Assembly (NCBI GenBank): GCA_023421245.1
Contig: JAEZTV010000015.1
Span: 24,360 to 88,359, forward strand
Direction of reading: 5' to 3'
DNA: 64,000 nt
DNA from: Bacillota bacterium
GTDB lineage: Bacteria > Bacillota > Clostridia > Oscillospirales > Ruminococcaceae
Every line of letters begins with the position of its first letter. The first letter of the stretch is position 1. Of this stretch, positions 25,813-34,085 are shown piece after piece. Both the position numbers and the translations under genes were made by a program. Below the pieces are notes generated by a model. That model was not told the DNA's origin, ran no database searches, and saw only the letters and a program-made list of their open reading frames with translations.

Positions 25813-25826
25813 TTTACATATGTAAA
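25813..25826. promoter_or_regulatory. perfect 14-bp palindrome TTTACATATGTAAA upstream of the 53-aa gene
   Basis: Read directly. Lies just upstream of a TTGATA-18-CAAAAT promoter-like pair on the minus strand. Confidence 0.4.
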
Positions 25827-26077
25827 ATACACGCAAAGAAACCCAAGAACGCACCTGAAAAGAATTATTAAATAATAGAAAAGGTTGATTATACTCAGGA
25901 AAAATATTCAATAATAAGCGTATAAAAGGCGGACTTGCTTCATATATTTAGCTGTTACCTAACCACATTGTACTAAACCAACATTATTCAGAATATCTGA
26001 AAACGGGTATGTAGCTAGGTAATTAAAGCGGCTTATTTTGTGAAGGCCGGTAATGCAAAAAAGAGAGGTGCCTTGTG

Positions 26078-27895
26078 ATGGTTCACATTCTAAAGCATTC
26101 CATCACCAAAAAGTTGTGTTCCTTCTCCTTAGCGGCGGTAATGGTTGTTTGCGCAGGTTTTTCGGGCTATACCGCAGACGACCCACAGCAGCAAGGGGAG
26201 CCCCCGCACCAACTGTCTATCCGTGCGGTTGAGGTATTAGAAACCATTGCGCGCGGCGCGCTATCCGAGGAAGAAACGGTGCTCTACACCGTAGATATTC
26301 CGCGTGTGACTGCCCCGGAAGAGAGGGAGAAGACACAGCCGGAAGACACATCCTCACAAACAACGCAGCAGCCCGCGCCCGAGGTCTATGAAGACACCTC
26401 CGCGCAACCCACGCAGGATACATCGTCGCAGCACAGTGGCGGACAGGATGCATCCTTGCGGGAGGAGAGTGGCACGCAAGTATCAAGCGATGAACAGCCT
26501 GCGGATTCGTCCGAGCACACAAGCAGTGAGACATCAAAGCAGGAAGATACCGCGTATACTGCCCGCAGCTATAAACTTGACCGTGCGCTTGCAGAGGTTC
26601 TTGAATCGGTTAATTTGCCGTTTAACAGCAAGCTCATGAAAGCACAGCTTGCGCAATCGCTTACAGACAAGCGTCTGGTGCGCTTTTATGCTGCGTCAGA
26701 CACAGGTTGTGAACACTGTCAGGTTATTGTGACGGTTAACCCTGCTACAAGCGAAGTCAGCATATTTGCCGTTAATTCGGATGAAAGCAAGCGCCATACC
26801 TTTACACTGAGTATTATAGACGAAGCCGGCATGCCGATGTCCGTAGATGGCGCAGAGCAAAAAGGCATGACGGCGGATAAGCGCGTGCTGGACGGCACGC
26901 TTGCGGATGCAGACCTGCCCGATGGCGCACTGGTAGAGGTGCTGGAGATCAGCTTGACGCACAAACAAGATAACAGCGCAAGCAGCGCAGCAAGCAGCTC
27001 GCCGCAGAGCAGCGAGCCGGATAGCGATACTTCTTCGCAGCAAAGCGAGGCACCAAACGAGGAGCCTCCGGCAGAAGAGGCCGCGACAATTGCTGCGGGC
27101 GGGGAAGAAAACCAAGGCCGAATAGCGGCTTTTGCACAGGATGAGCCCGCGAGCCAGCAGCAAACCGCACTGCCGGAGGAGGAGTCTTCACAGGGCACAT
27201 CATCGGAAGGGGCATCCTCTCGAGAACCCGCCTCGCAGGAGGACGAAAACAGCTCGCAGCCCGATGACAGCAGCGCAAGCGAACAGCCTGACAACTCGCA
27301 GCCGTCCGAATCTGCGCCGAGCGAATCTCAGCCGTCTGAGCAGGAGCCATCGGATGATACCGAGCAAACCGAGGTGCAAACCACCATCCTACTGTTAACC
27401 GAAAGCAGCCGGACGCTTGCACTCGATGCGTTTGCGGCGGTTGGGCTTGAGGTCGGTGCGGGCTTTTCAGCGGCAACCGCCGGCGTGCCGACTGCAAATG
27501 GTAAGATTACCATTACAAAAAAAATAGACGCAAACTGGGCGGCGCACGGAGACCCCATCTTTGTATACACGCTTGAAAAAAAGCAAGGAAATCAATTCCG
27601 CGAGATTGCAAGCGACTATATTCGGTTCACGGGCGGCGATACCCGACAAAAGAGCATTAACTTTAATGGGCTTGCCGCAGGAACCTATCGTATTACCGAG
27701 CTTGACACCCTGCGGTACAGTTCTCCAAAGGTTACCGAGGTAAAAAACGGCAAGGCGAGTGGCGCAAGCGTAGAGTTTGAAGTCACAAAAAGGAGTTCTA
27801 CGGCAACAGTGACGTATCAAAGCAGCAAGAAAAACAACGATTATTTTTCACACACCGATGCAGCGAAGAACTCCTTCTCGGCTAAAAAGAAGTGA
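26078..27895 (+). CDS. secreted acidic Ser/Glu/Pro/Gln-rich surface protein with C-terminal prealbumin/Cna-B-like domain
   Basis: N-terminal signal/TM (LCSFSLAAVMVVCAGFSGYTA). Two long low-complexity acidic tracts. C-terminal GKITITKK...GTYRITELD beta-sandwich-like motif. No LPXTG. Stop overlaps the sipW start. Confidence 0.7.
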   Translation: MVHILKHSITKKLCSFSLAAVMVVCAGFSGYTADDPQQQGEPPHQLSIRAVEVLETIARGALSEEETVLYTVDIPRVTAPEEREKTQPEDTSSQTTQQPAPEVYEDTSAQPTQDTSSQHSGGQDASLREESGTQVSSDEQPADSSEHTSSETSKQEDTAYTARSYKLDRALAEVLESVNLPFNSKLMKAQLAQSLTDKRLVRFYAASDTGCEHCQVIVTVNPATSEVSIFAVNSDESKRHTFTLSIIDEAGMPMSVDGAEQKGMTADKRVLDGTLADADLPDGALVEVLEISLTHKQDNSASSAASSSPQSSEPDSDTSSQQSEAPNEEPPAEEAATIAAGGEENQGRIAAFAQDEPASQQQTALPEEESSQGTSSEGASSREPASQEDENSSQPDDSSASEQPDNSQPSESAPSESQPSEQEPSDDTEQTEVQTTILLLTESSRTLALDAFAAVGLEVGAGFSAATAGVPTANGKITITKKIDANWAAHGDPIFVYTLEKKQGNQFREIASDYIRFTGGDTRQKSINFNGLAAGTYRITELDTLRYSSPKVTEVKNGKASGASVEFEVTKRSSTATVTYQSSKKNNDYFSHTDAAKNSFSAKKK

Positions 27896-28410
27896 TGAAA
27901 ACGATGCTGATACGAATTGTGCGCCTGATTCCAAACGCCTTAATGCTGTTTGCCGTGCTGATTGCGGCGGTACTCACGGTACCCCGATTGCTGGGATACA
28001 CCCCCTTTACCGTTCTGTCGGGCAGTATGGAGCCGGCTTACCCCGTGGGCAGCATTGTGTATGTGCGCGACGAGCTGCCTGAGAGCATTCGCGCAAGCGA
28101 CGTAGTGATGTTTGAGCTGCCAAACGGCATGCCGGTTACCCATCGGGTGGTTTCAGCCGATAGCGTGCTGCGAACTTTTGTGACCAAGGGGGACGCAAAC
28201 CCCAGCGAAGATCCGGTGCCGGTACCGTTTGAGCAGGTAACCGGCAAGGCGGGTGTGTGCCTGCCGTTGCTAGGCTATGTGGCGCTGTTTATGCAAACAC
28301 CCTCAGGGCTTATCTGCGTCGCGTTTGTTATGCTGATTCTTCTGCTTGCCCCAAAGGCCATTGCAATGGCGATGCAAGCGGAAGGCGGTAGGACCCCCAA
28401 AGCCGATTGA
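27892..28410 (+). CDS. sipW: signal peptidase I, SipW (ER/archaeal) type
   Basis: SGSMEP Ser box, PVTHRVV His box, VTKGDANPSEDP box. N- and C-terminal TM helices. Confidence 0.88.
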   Translation: MMKTMLIRIVRLIPNALMLFAVLIAAVLTVPRLLGYTPFTVLSGSMEPAYPVGSIVYVRDELPESIRASDVVMFELPNGMPVTHRVVSADSVLRTFVTKGDANPSEDPVPVPFEQVTGKAGVCLPLLGYVALFMQTPSGLICVAFVMLILLLAPKAIAMAMQAEGGRTPKAD

Positions 28411-28501
28411 GAAATTAAAAAGCAATTGCTTGCGTGGCTTTCCATAAAAGGAATAACCGAGCAGCGAAGGCACGCAGCAATAAAATACTGGAGGTAATGA
28501 G

Positions 28502-29125
28502 TTGAAAAAAAGAACAATCCTGCTTTCTTCTCTGGCGCTGCTGCTCGCTGCGGCACTTTCTATTGGCGGCACCGCCGCGTATTTCACAAGCAAGACACAG
28601 CCTGTCACCAACAAGTTTACGGTAGGTGGTGTTACCATTGAGCTTGTGGAGGAAAAGTGGAACAGCGGTAAAGGCAGCGTCAAGCCGGGCAAAGAGGTCG
28701 CCCAAAATATGGTGCCCGGGCAAACCGCCAACAAAGACCCGGTGGTAAAGAATATCGGCGTAAGCCCTTGCTACGTTCGTCTAAAGGTAACGGGTGTTAC
28801 CTATAAAAACAATAAGATCAGTGCAACAAACGATTCCTATACCATTCACGGTGCAAACCTTGGCAACAGCCAGAATAAATGGACTTATAGCCACGGCTAC
28901 TTCTATTACAACCGCACCCTTGCGGGAAAGTCAGGCGCCGTTATTGATAAAACCGAGCCGCTGTTTACCTCGGTAAGCCTTGACCAAAACGCCACTGAGG
29001 GCAAAGCGGCCGACCTTGAGATGGTGATTACAGCCGAGGCGGTACAGTGCGAGGGCGGCCTTGAGCCGGACCATAACTTTAACTTTATTGAATCGGCGAA
29101 AGAAGCATTTCGAAAAATAAGCTAG
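28502..29125 (+). CDS. BsaA/TasA (camelysin)-like fibre subunit with SipW-cognate signal peptide
   Basis: Signal peptide ends in GGTAAYFTS. NKFTVGGVTIEL, PGQTANKDPVVKNIG, CYVRLKV, ITAEAVQ blocks. TTG start with GGAGGT RBS. Confidence 0.8.
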   Translation: MKKRTILLSSLALLLAAALSIGGTAAYFTSKTQPVTNKFTVGGVTIELVEEKWNSGKGSVKPGKEVAQNMVPGQTANKDPVVKNIGVSPCYVRLKVTGVTYKNNKISATNDSYTIHGANLGNSQNKWTYSHGYFYYNRTLAGKSGAVIDKTEPLFTSVSLDQNATEGKAADLEMVITAEAVQCEGGLEPDHNFNFIESAKEAFRKIS

Positions 29126-29183
29126 TGCCCCCTATACTTTGAGGTTCATTCAAATTATATAAATGAAACTGGAGGAAAATTTT

Positions 29184-29858
29184 ATGGCAGGCAAAAAAAC
29201 AATCATTGTTGCGGTATCGCTGCTGATGGCGGCGCTGCTGGCAGTGGGCGGAACCCTTGCGTACTTTACCGCAAAAGCAGAGGTCACCAATGTGGTGACG
29301 ATGGGCAATGTCAAGATTAGCCTGACAGAACCGAATTTTGCTGGGGAAATTGGTCCGATTGTGCCCGGCGCTAAGATCGTTAAGGACCCAACCATCACCA
29401 ACATTGGCAAAAACGACTGCTATGTTCGTGCCAAGATTGAAGTCGATTTTTCCGGCTCCTGCAAGGAATCAAAAAGTGAGGCAGAGCTTGCGGAAGAGGC
29501 ATTGCTGGCACAAGAGTTAGTTGACACACTTCTCGGCGAAGACGCGGAATTGAACCATAAGCCCGATCCTAAACCCAAAGAGATTGAATTTGATATTGAC
29601 ACACAAAAATGGGTACTGAAAGATGGCTACTACTATTATCAAAGCATTCTCAAAGCAGGTAAAAACAATAACGGCGATACAGTGGTGCTGTTTAACAAAG
29701 TAACAATTCCAAAAACCTGGGGCAACGATTACGCCGACAAGACGATAGACATTAAAATTATCGCACAAGCCGTGCAGTCCGATAACATTGAAGAAGAAAA
29801 TGATTTAATCAAGGATAGAAACAAGAAAATTGTCGGCTGGAAAAATGTGACGTTTTAA
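29184..29858 (+). CDS. BsaA/TasA (camelysin)-like fibre subunit with SipW-cognate signal peptide (paralog)
   Basis: GGTLAYFTA signal end. NVVTMGNVKISL, PGAKIVKDPTITNIG, CYVRAKI, IIAQAVQ blocks. GGAGGA RBS before ATG 29184. Confidence 0.8.
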   Translation: MAGKKTIIVAVSLLMAALLAVGGTLAYFTAKAEVTNVVTMGNVKISLTEPNFAGEIGPIVPGAKIVKDPTITNIGKNDCYVRAKIEVDFSGSCKESKSEAELAEEALLAQELVDTLLGEDAELNHKPDPKPKEIEFDIDTQKWVLKDGYYYYQSILKAGKNNNGDTVVLFNKVTIPKTWGNDYADKTIDIKIIAQAVQSDNIEEENDLIKDRNKKIVGWKNVTF

Positions 29859-29918
29859 CACCCAGTACGCTAATACCATCCAGCTTTGCAGCCGCTGCAG
29901 GCGGAAAGGATATGCAAG

Positions 29919-30608
29919 ATGAAACATCCTCTATTAAAAACGCTGGTCTGCCTTACGGCAGTTACTCTGCTTGCCTTTGGGTTTGCGGCAAACGTGTCGG
30001 CGCTGGAAAGCAAGGTGGTGCTTGAAGGCACCGGCGATCTGGTAAGCATACCGGGTAATGACCTGTTTACCGAACTTAAGGATATGATGCCCGGCGACGT
30101 GGGCACGCAGGAGATTCTCCTTCACAACGAGTACAACAAAAGGGTAAGGCTGTACCTCAAAACCGAGGCGGCAAACTTTTTGTCGCAGGAAAAACGGGAG
30201 ATCTCCGAACGTCTGCTGGATGCGATGACCCTTAAGCTGGTGCTGAAGGCCCCGGGCGGGCAGGAGTCCGTGCTGTATGAGGGCAAAGCCTCGGGGCCCG
30301 AGGCAGGTAAGGAGATTTCGCTTGGCACCTACTCAAAGGGTGCAAAGGGTACCATTACGGCGACACTTACCATACCCGCAACGCTCGGCAACGAGTTTCA
30401 GGATGCGCAGGGCAAGGTGAAATGGATCTTTTATTGCAAAGAGGTAACATCAACCTCCTCGCGCCCCGACGACGATAGCGAGCCGGACATCTCCGTCATC
30501 CAGACGGTACGCATGCCCGAAACGGGCGGATTTCCGGTAGAAGCCCTGCTGCCGATAGGTGCGGTGCTACTGGTTGGCGGTCTGGTGCTTGGCAGAAAAA
30601 AACGGTAG
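29919..30608 (+). CDS. cell-wall-anchored TasA/camelysin-fold-like protein with MPETGG sorting signal
   Basis: Sec signal (AANVSA|LE). MMPGDVGTQEILLHN...VRLYLK and GNEFQDAQGKVKWIF blocks. C-terminal MPETGG + hydrophobic helix + GRKKR. Confidence 0.75.
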   Translation: MKHPLLKTLVCLTAVTLLAFGFAANVSALESKVVLEGTGDLVSIPGNDLFTELKDMMPGDVGTQEILLHNEYNKRVRLYLKTEAANFLSQEKREISERLLDAMTLKLVLKAPGGQESVLYEGKASGPEAGKEISLGTYSKGAKGTITATLTIPATLGNEFQDAQGKVKWIFYCKEVTSTSSRPDDDSEPDISVIQTVRMPETGGFPVEALLPIGAVLLVGGLVLGRKKR

Positions 30609-30685
30609 CATAGATTTTACAAGAACAGGGGCTGTCAAGCAAAGCGCTTGGCAGCCCCTGTATTGATAACGAAAGGACACGCACC

Positions 30686-31354
30686 ATGACAACGAAACGC
30701 AAACGAGGGATTGTATCCGGTTTTTTGACGGTCATTGGTATCGTAATGCTTGCGCTCTCTATCGCCTATCAGGCGTACTACTATCCGTGGGGTGCGTTGT
30801 TATCCTCTCTGGGGCTTTCGGACGCACAGGAGCTTAGCGACCCTGCACCCATCCCTGTTTCGGTGCAGAGCATAGAAAGCAGCTTTACCGTGCAGCAGGG
30901 CGTACCCGAGCCGTCCGCACTCGGCAGTTTTTTTGCCGCGCGTCCGGCACTGGATATCACTGCCATAGGCAGTATTAAACTGCCCGCCATCGGGATATCG
31001 GAAAACCTTGTAGAGGGCGGCGGGGACGAGCTGTTTTACGGGGTTGGGCATATCCCGGGCTCGGCGCTGCCGGGCGATGCGGGCAACTGTGTGCTGGCAG
31101 GGCACCGTAACTACTACATCATGCACCCGTTTCGTCATCTGGATAAGCTGGAGACGGGTGATAAGGTTATTGTAAGCTATAACAACACAGAGTACCGCTA
31201 CGTTGTGTACGACTCGTTTGTCGTAGAGCCGCAGGACACGGACGTTCTTGCGCCGCAGGAGGGAGAGGAGCAGATGCTGACCCTCGTTACCTGCACGCCG
31301 GTGCTCAATCCTACCAAACGCCTGATTGTATGGTGCCGACCCGCGGGGATATAA
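30686..31354 (+). CDS. sortase (class undetermined)
   Basis: N-terminal TM. LAGHRN His motif, TLVTCTP Cys motif, RLIVWCR Arg. Confidence 0.88.
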   Translation: MTTKRKRGIVSGFLTVIGIVMLALSIAYQAYYYPWGALLSSLGLSDAQELSDPAPIPVSVQSIESSFTVQQGVPEPSALGSFFAARPALDITAIGSIKLPAIGISENLVEGGGDELFYGVGHIPGSALPGDAGNCVLAGHRNYYIMHPFRHLDKLETGDKVIVSYNNTEYRYVVYDSFVVEPQDTDVLAPQEGEEQMLTLVTCTPVLNPTKRLIVWCRPAGI

Positions 31355-31366
31355 TGGCTATGGGCG

Positions 31367-32218
31367 CTATGCTGTTTTTACGGCCGTGCGCTTGCGCCGT
31401 GTATAGCCTATTGTGTACAGCACAATGCCTGCGGCAGCGCAGCTAATCAGCGTAACAAGATTGAAAGGGTCACCAAGCGAAGCGCTTACCCCGCCGTCGA
31501 TGATTGCGGTAATGGAGTAATCGAGTACGGGGGCTAAAAGTAGCGTGATAGCCGCAACATACCACCGGTTAATGCGCGTAAACGACCAAAGGATAAGAAC
31601 AATCCATAGGTAGGCAAGGCCGCTTAGTGCACAGAAAACACCCACGGGATAGAGCCAGCTTGCGGCCGATTGGTATTGTATGAGCAGCAGAAACGGTACG
31701 ATGAGTATTGTCAAAGCAGACAAGGCATAAACCCCAGCTCGCTTTTTTGATAAAAGAAATGGCGCGGTGACACACCACGCTAAAACAGCCGACCCCAGCG
31801 GGTAGAGCGACCAGCTTATGCTGCGTGTAGTGGCAACGTCGCAGATTAAGCAGACAAGCACGCCAACCAGCAGTGCAGCGGTTACCAGTAACAGGGTAAG
31901 AGTTTTTACGTTCTTGTTATGGCGCATATCAGGAAGTTGCACGTTGTCAGTCTCCGCGTAGACGGGCTCGGACGGTGAAGCTGCACAATCGGTTTGTACG
32001 TCAGACGTAAGACGCTTACCATCCAGCAGCTCATTGATGCTAACGCCCAGCAGCTCGCACAGATGCGGCAGCAGCGTAATATCGGGCAGGCTCTGCCCAC
32101 GCTCCCATTTCGACACCGCCTTATCGGTGATGTTGAGCTGGGCGGCAAGCTCTTTTTGCGTCATGTTTTTGGATTTTCTTAGCTCTGTAATAAACGCTGC
32201 AATTTTGTCATTGTTCAT
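31367..32218 (-). CDS. XRE-family HTH regulator fused to a ~6-TM membrane domain
   Basis: MTQKELAAQLNITDKAVSKWERGQSLPDITLL HTH_3, followed by a multi-TM C-terminus. GGAAAGGCGGG RBS before ATG 32218. Confidence 0.8.
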   Translation of the reverse strand: MNNDKIAAFITELRKSKNMTQKELAAQLNITDKAVSKWERGQSLPDITLLPHLCELLGVSINELLDGKRLTSDVQTDCAASPSEPVYAETDNVQLPDMRHNKNVKTLTLLLVTAALLVGVLVCLICDVATTRSISWSLYPLGSAVLAWCVTAPFLLSKKRAGVYALSALTILIVPFLLLIQYQSAASWLYPVGVFCALSGLAYLWIVLILWSFTRINRWYVAAITLLLAPVLDYSITAIIDGGVSASLGDPFNLVTLISCAAAGIVLYTIGYTRRKRTAVKTA

Positions 32219-32242
32219 GATAAATCCCGCCTTTCCGCCCCA

Positions 32243-32271
32243 ATTGTACCACTTTTTGTTTTGGGGTACAA
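32243..32271 (-). promoter_or_regulatory. promoter of the XRE-membrane regulator with flanking 7-bp inverted repeat
   Basis: Minus strand: TTGTAC, 17 nt, TACAAT preceded by TGg. TTGTACC...GGTACAA arms coincide with the -35 and -10. Confidence 0.6.
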
Positions 32272-32310
32272 CCAACGCGCAGGAGAGTGCCCAAGTAAAC
32301 CGCCGGTAGA

Positions 32311-32349
32311 ATTAAAACAAGCGAGCTCCATTTTGATTGGAGCCCGCTT
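32311..32349 (-). terminator. intrinsic terminator of the PNPOx-like gene
   Basis: AAGCGGGCTCCA-loop-TGGAGCTCGCTT followed by GTTTTAAT on the minus strand. Confidence 0.7.
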
Positions 32350-32358
32350 TTATGCCTG

Positions 32359-32820
32359 TTATTGTACCTTTTTGCGTTTGCCGCTGATCTCGTCTATGCT
32401 CATGCGCACGATACATACCCGCGCCATGCAGTTCATGCTTTCAACCTTATCTGCCATCTGGGGTGAGAGCTGTTTGCACAAAAGAATAAGCGCGTGCAGT
32501 ATTTCGTCATCGTCCTGCACTACCGCCGCACGGCCGGTGATAAATACGCTCTCGTAGCTGGTATCAAGCTTTTTTGGCACAAGCTCTTGGCTTGCTACCG
32601 CCACAAACGCTGCCTTTTCGTTTTGCGCAAGCAGGTTCAGCTTTTCACCGTCCTTGGCGCAGTGGAAGTAGATACAGCCTTTCTCGCTGTCATAGCAGTA
32701 GTTTAAGGGCACGCCATAGGGCTGCCCGTCGGCGGAAGCGATGCATAGTACACCGTATTCCCCCTTTGACAAAATATCCAAGGCCTCCTCGTGTGAGGTC
32801 AAGTATTGCGGCATTGTCAT
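32359..32820 (-). CDS. pyridoxamine 5'-phosphate oxidase-like FMN-binding split-barrel protein
   Basis: GVLCIASADGQPYGVPLNYCYDSEKGCIYFHCAKDGEKLNLL pattern is typical of the PNPOx/Nim-like family. Confidence 0.7.
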   Translation of the reverse strand: MTMPQYLTSHEEALDILSKGEYGVLCIASADGQPYGVPLNYCYDSEKGCIYFHCAKDGEKLNLLAQNEKAAFVAVASQELVPKKLDTSYESVFITGRAAVVQDDDEILHALILLCKQLSPQMADKVESMNCMARVCIVRMSIDEISGKRKKVQ

Positions 32821-33053
32821 TGTCGTTACCCCTTCTTTTGTTAACTTATTCTATTGTTATACTTAATAGCTATATTCTAAAACGAAAACATTCTCAGTCG
32901 CACGTATTTCCGTGCAGCGCCCGCGGTGTGAGCCTTTGGTTGTTGCCGTTTATAGCTGGTCACCACACCGCCGGCCGTGCGGCAGGGGTCGCCTTTCGCC
33001 CTAAAAACAAGGATGTGCTTTAAGTTGACTATATAGTACAAAAACGGAAGCTA

Positions 33054-33713
33054 TCAATAGACCGCCGCCGCAAGCACCATATGTACGAGCAGCCCGGGAA
33101 CACAGTTTTTTGACAGCAGCCGAGCGGTTCCGGTTACAAGGCCGAGCACAAGCCCCGATACCGTGACGGTGAGAAGCGCCGTAAAAAAATCCACAGCGGA
33201 AAACCCGCCCCCAAACGTCCAGAGATCTCCATAGCCTACCTTCCACGCCGCAAACAGCAGCGAGGTTACCATGCATACCGTAATCTCGGGTGAAAAGCTT
33301 TTGCGCAAACGCGCCCATAGATACCCTCGAAACACAAGCTCCTCAAATGCCGGCAGGATGACAGCCGAGTAGAGCAGTGATGTCGTCACCGAAAGCGAGA
33401 AGCCGCCCGCCCGAATGGGTGCCGTCACCAACACAAATACGGTTACGCAGGTGGCGGCGATATAGAGCATACGGTCCTTCGTGCTCGTAAACGCGGGAAG
33501 AAGATACAGCCGTAGCCGCCAAAAGCGCGAAAGCGCTAAGATGAATGCGGAGAGGGTAAGCAGCACCATAATTGAAGCGGTAAGCCCCAACTGCGCATTG
33601 CCATGCACATCGGCGCCAATCCGCCGCACCAAAAACCATCGAATAGCCTGCATCAACATAAGCAGCAGAATAGAATTTATCAGTGTGAGCGTGCGGGACT
33701 TGGTATTTGCCAT
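33054..33713 (-). CDS. CPBP family intramembrane glutamic endopeptidase
   Basis: PAFEELVFRGYL (EExxxR) motif plus a later H-containing helix. AAGGGAGGGAAG RBS before ATG 33713. Confidence 0.8.
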   Translation of the reverse strand: MANTKSRTLTLINSILLLMLMQAIRWFLVRRIGADVHGNAQLGLTASIMVLLTLSAFILALSRFWRLRLYLLPAFTSTKDRMLYIAATCVTVFVLVTAPIRAGGFSLSVTTSLLYSAVILPAFEELVFRGYLWARLRKSFSPEITVCMVTSLLFAAWKVGYGDLWTFGGGFSAVDFFTALLTVTVSGLVLGLVTGTARLLSKNCVPGLLVHMVLAAAVY

Positions 33714-34020
33714 GCAAAGCTTCCCTCCCTTAAAAAACGCATCGAACCGCTGCGTTGCAGTATGCGCATAAATTACATACGTCAAAAATATGTTGCAGCA
33801 AAGAGCTAAGCCCAGGCTGTACGGTGTCTGGTATCATTATATCAAAACTTCGGGCAAGATACCAGAAAGGACTAAAAAATCGGGGACAAAAATAGCAGCG
33901 GATGATACAGCACCATCGCATACCGACGATAAAGACTGCTATGCCGTGCATTATTATGCCATGTTTGTAACAAATAGTTTATGTAAATACCACAAAATTT
34001 TTAAAATACCCTGTAACGGC

Positions 34021-34049
34021 TTGCCAAAAGGGAAAGGGGTTTATATAAT
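34021..34049 (+). promoter_or_regulatory. putP promoter
   Basis: TTGCCA, 17 nt, TATAAT. Confidence 0.7.
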
Positions 34050-34085
34050 TTAAAGATAAGTTCGTTTAAATGAGGAGGAACCATA

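Noticed and set aside
26696-27570. Several 80-190-aa minus-strand ORFs inside the acidic surface-protein gene
   Set aside because: Antisense of Ser/Glu/Pro low-complexity coding. Cys/Arg/Ala-rich nonsense products.
33790-34053. 87-aa ORF between the CPBP protease gene and putP
   Set aside because: It covers the putP promoter (TTGCCA-17-TATAAT) and has no RBS or recognisable motifs.
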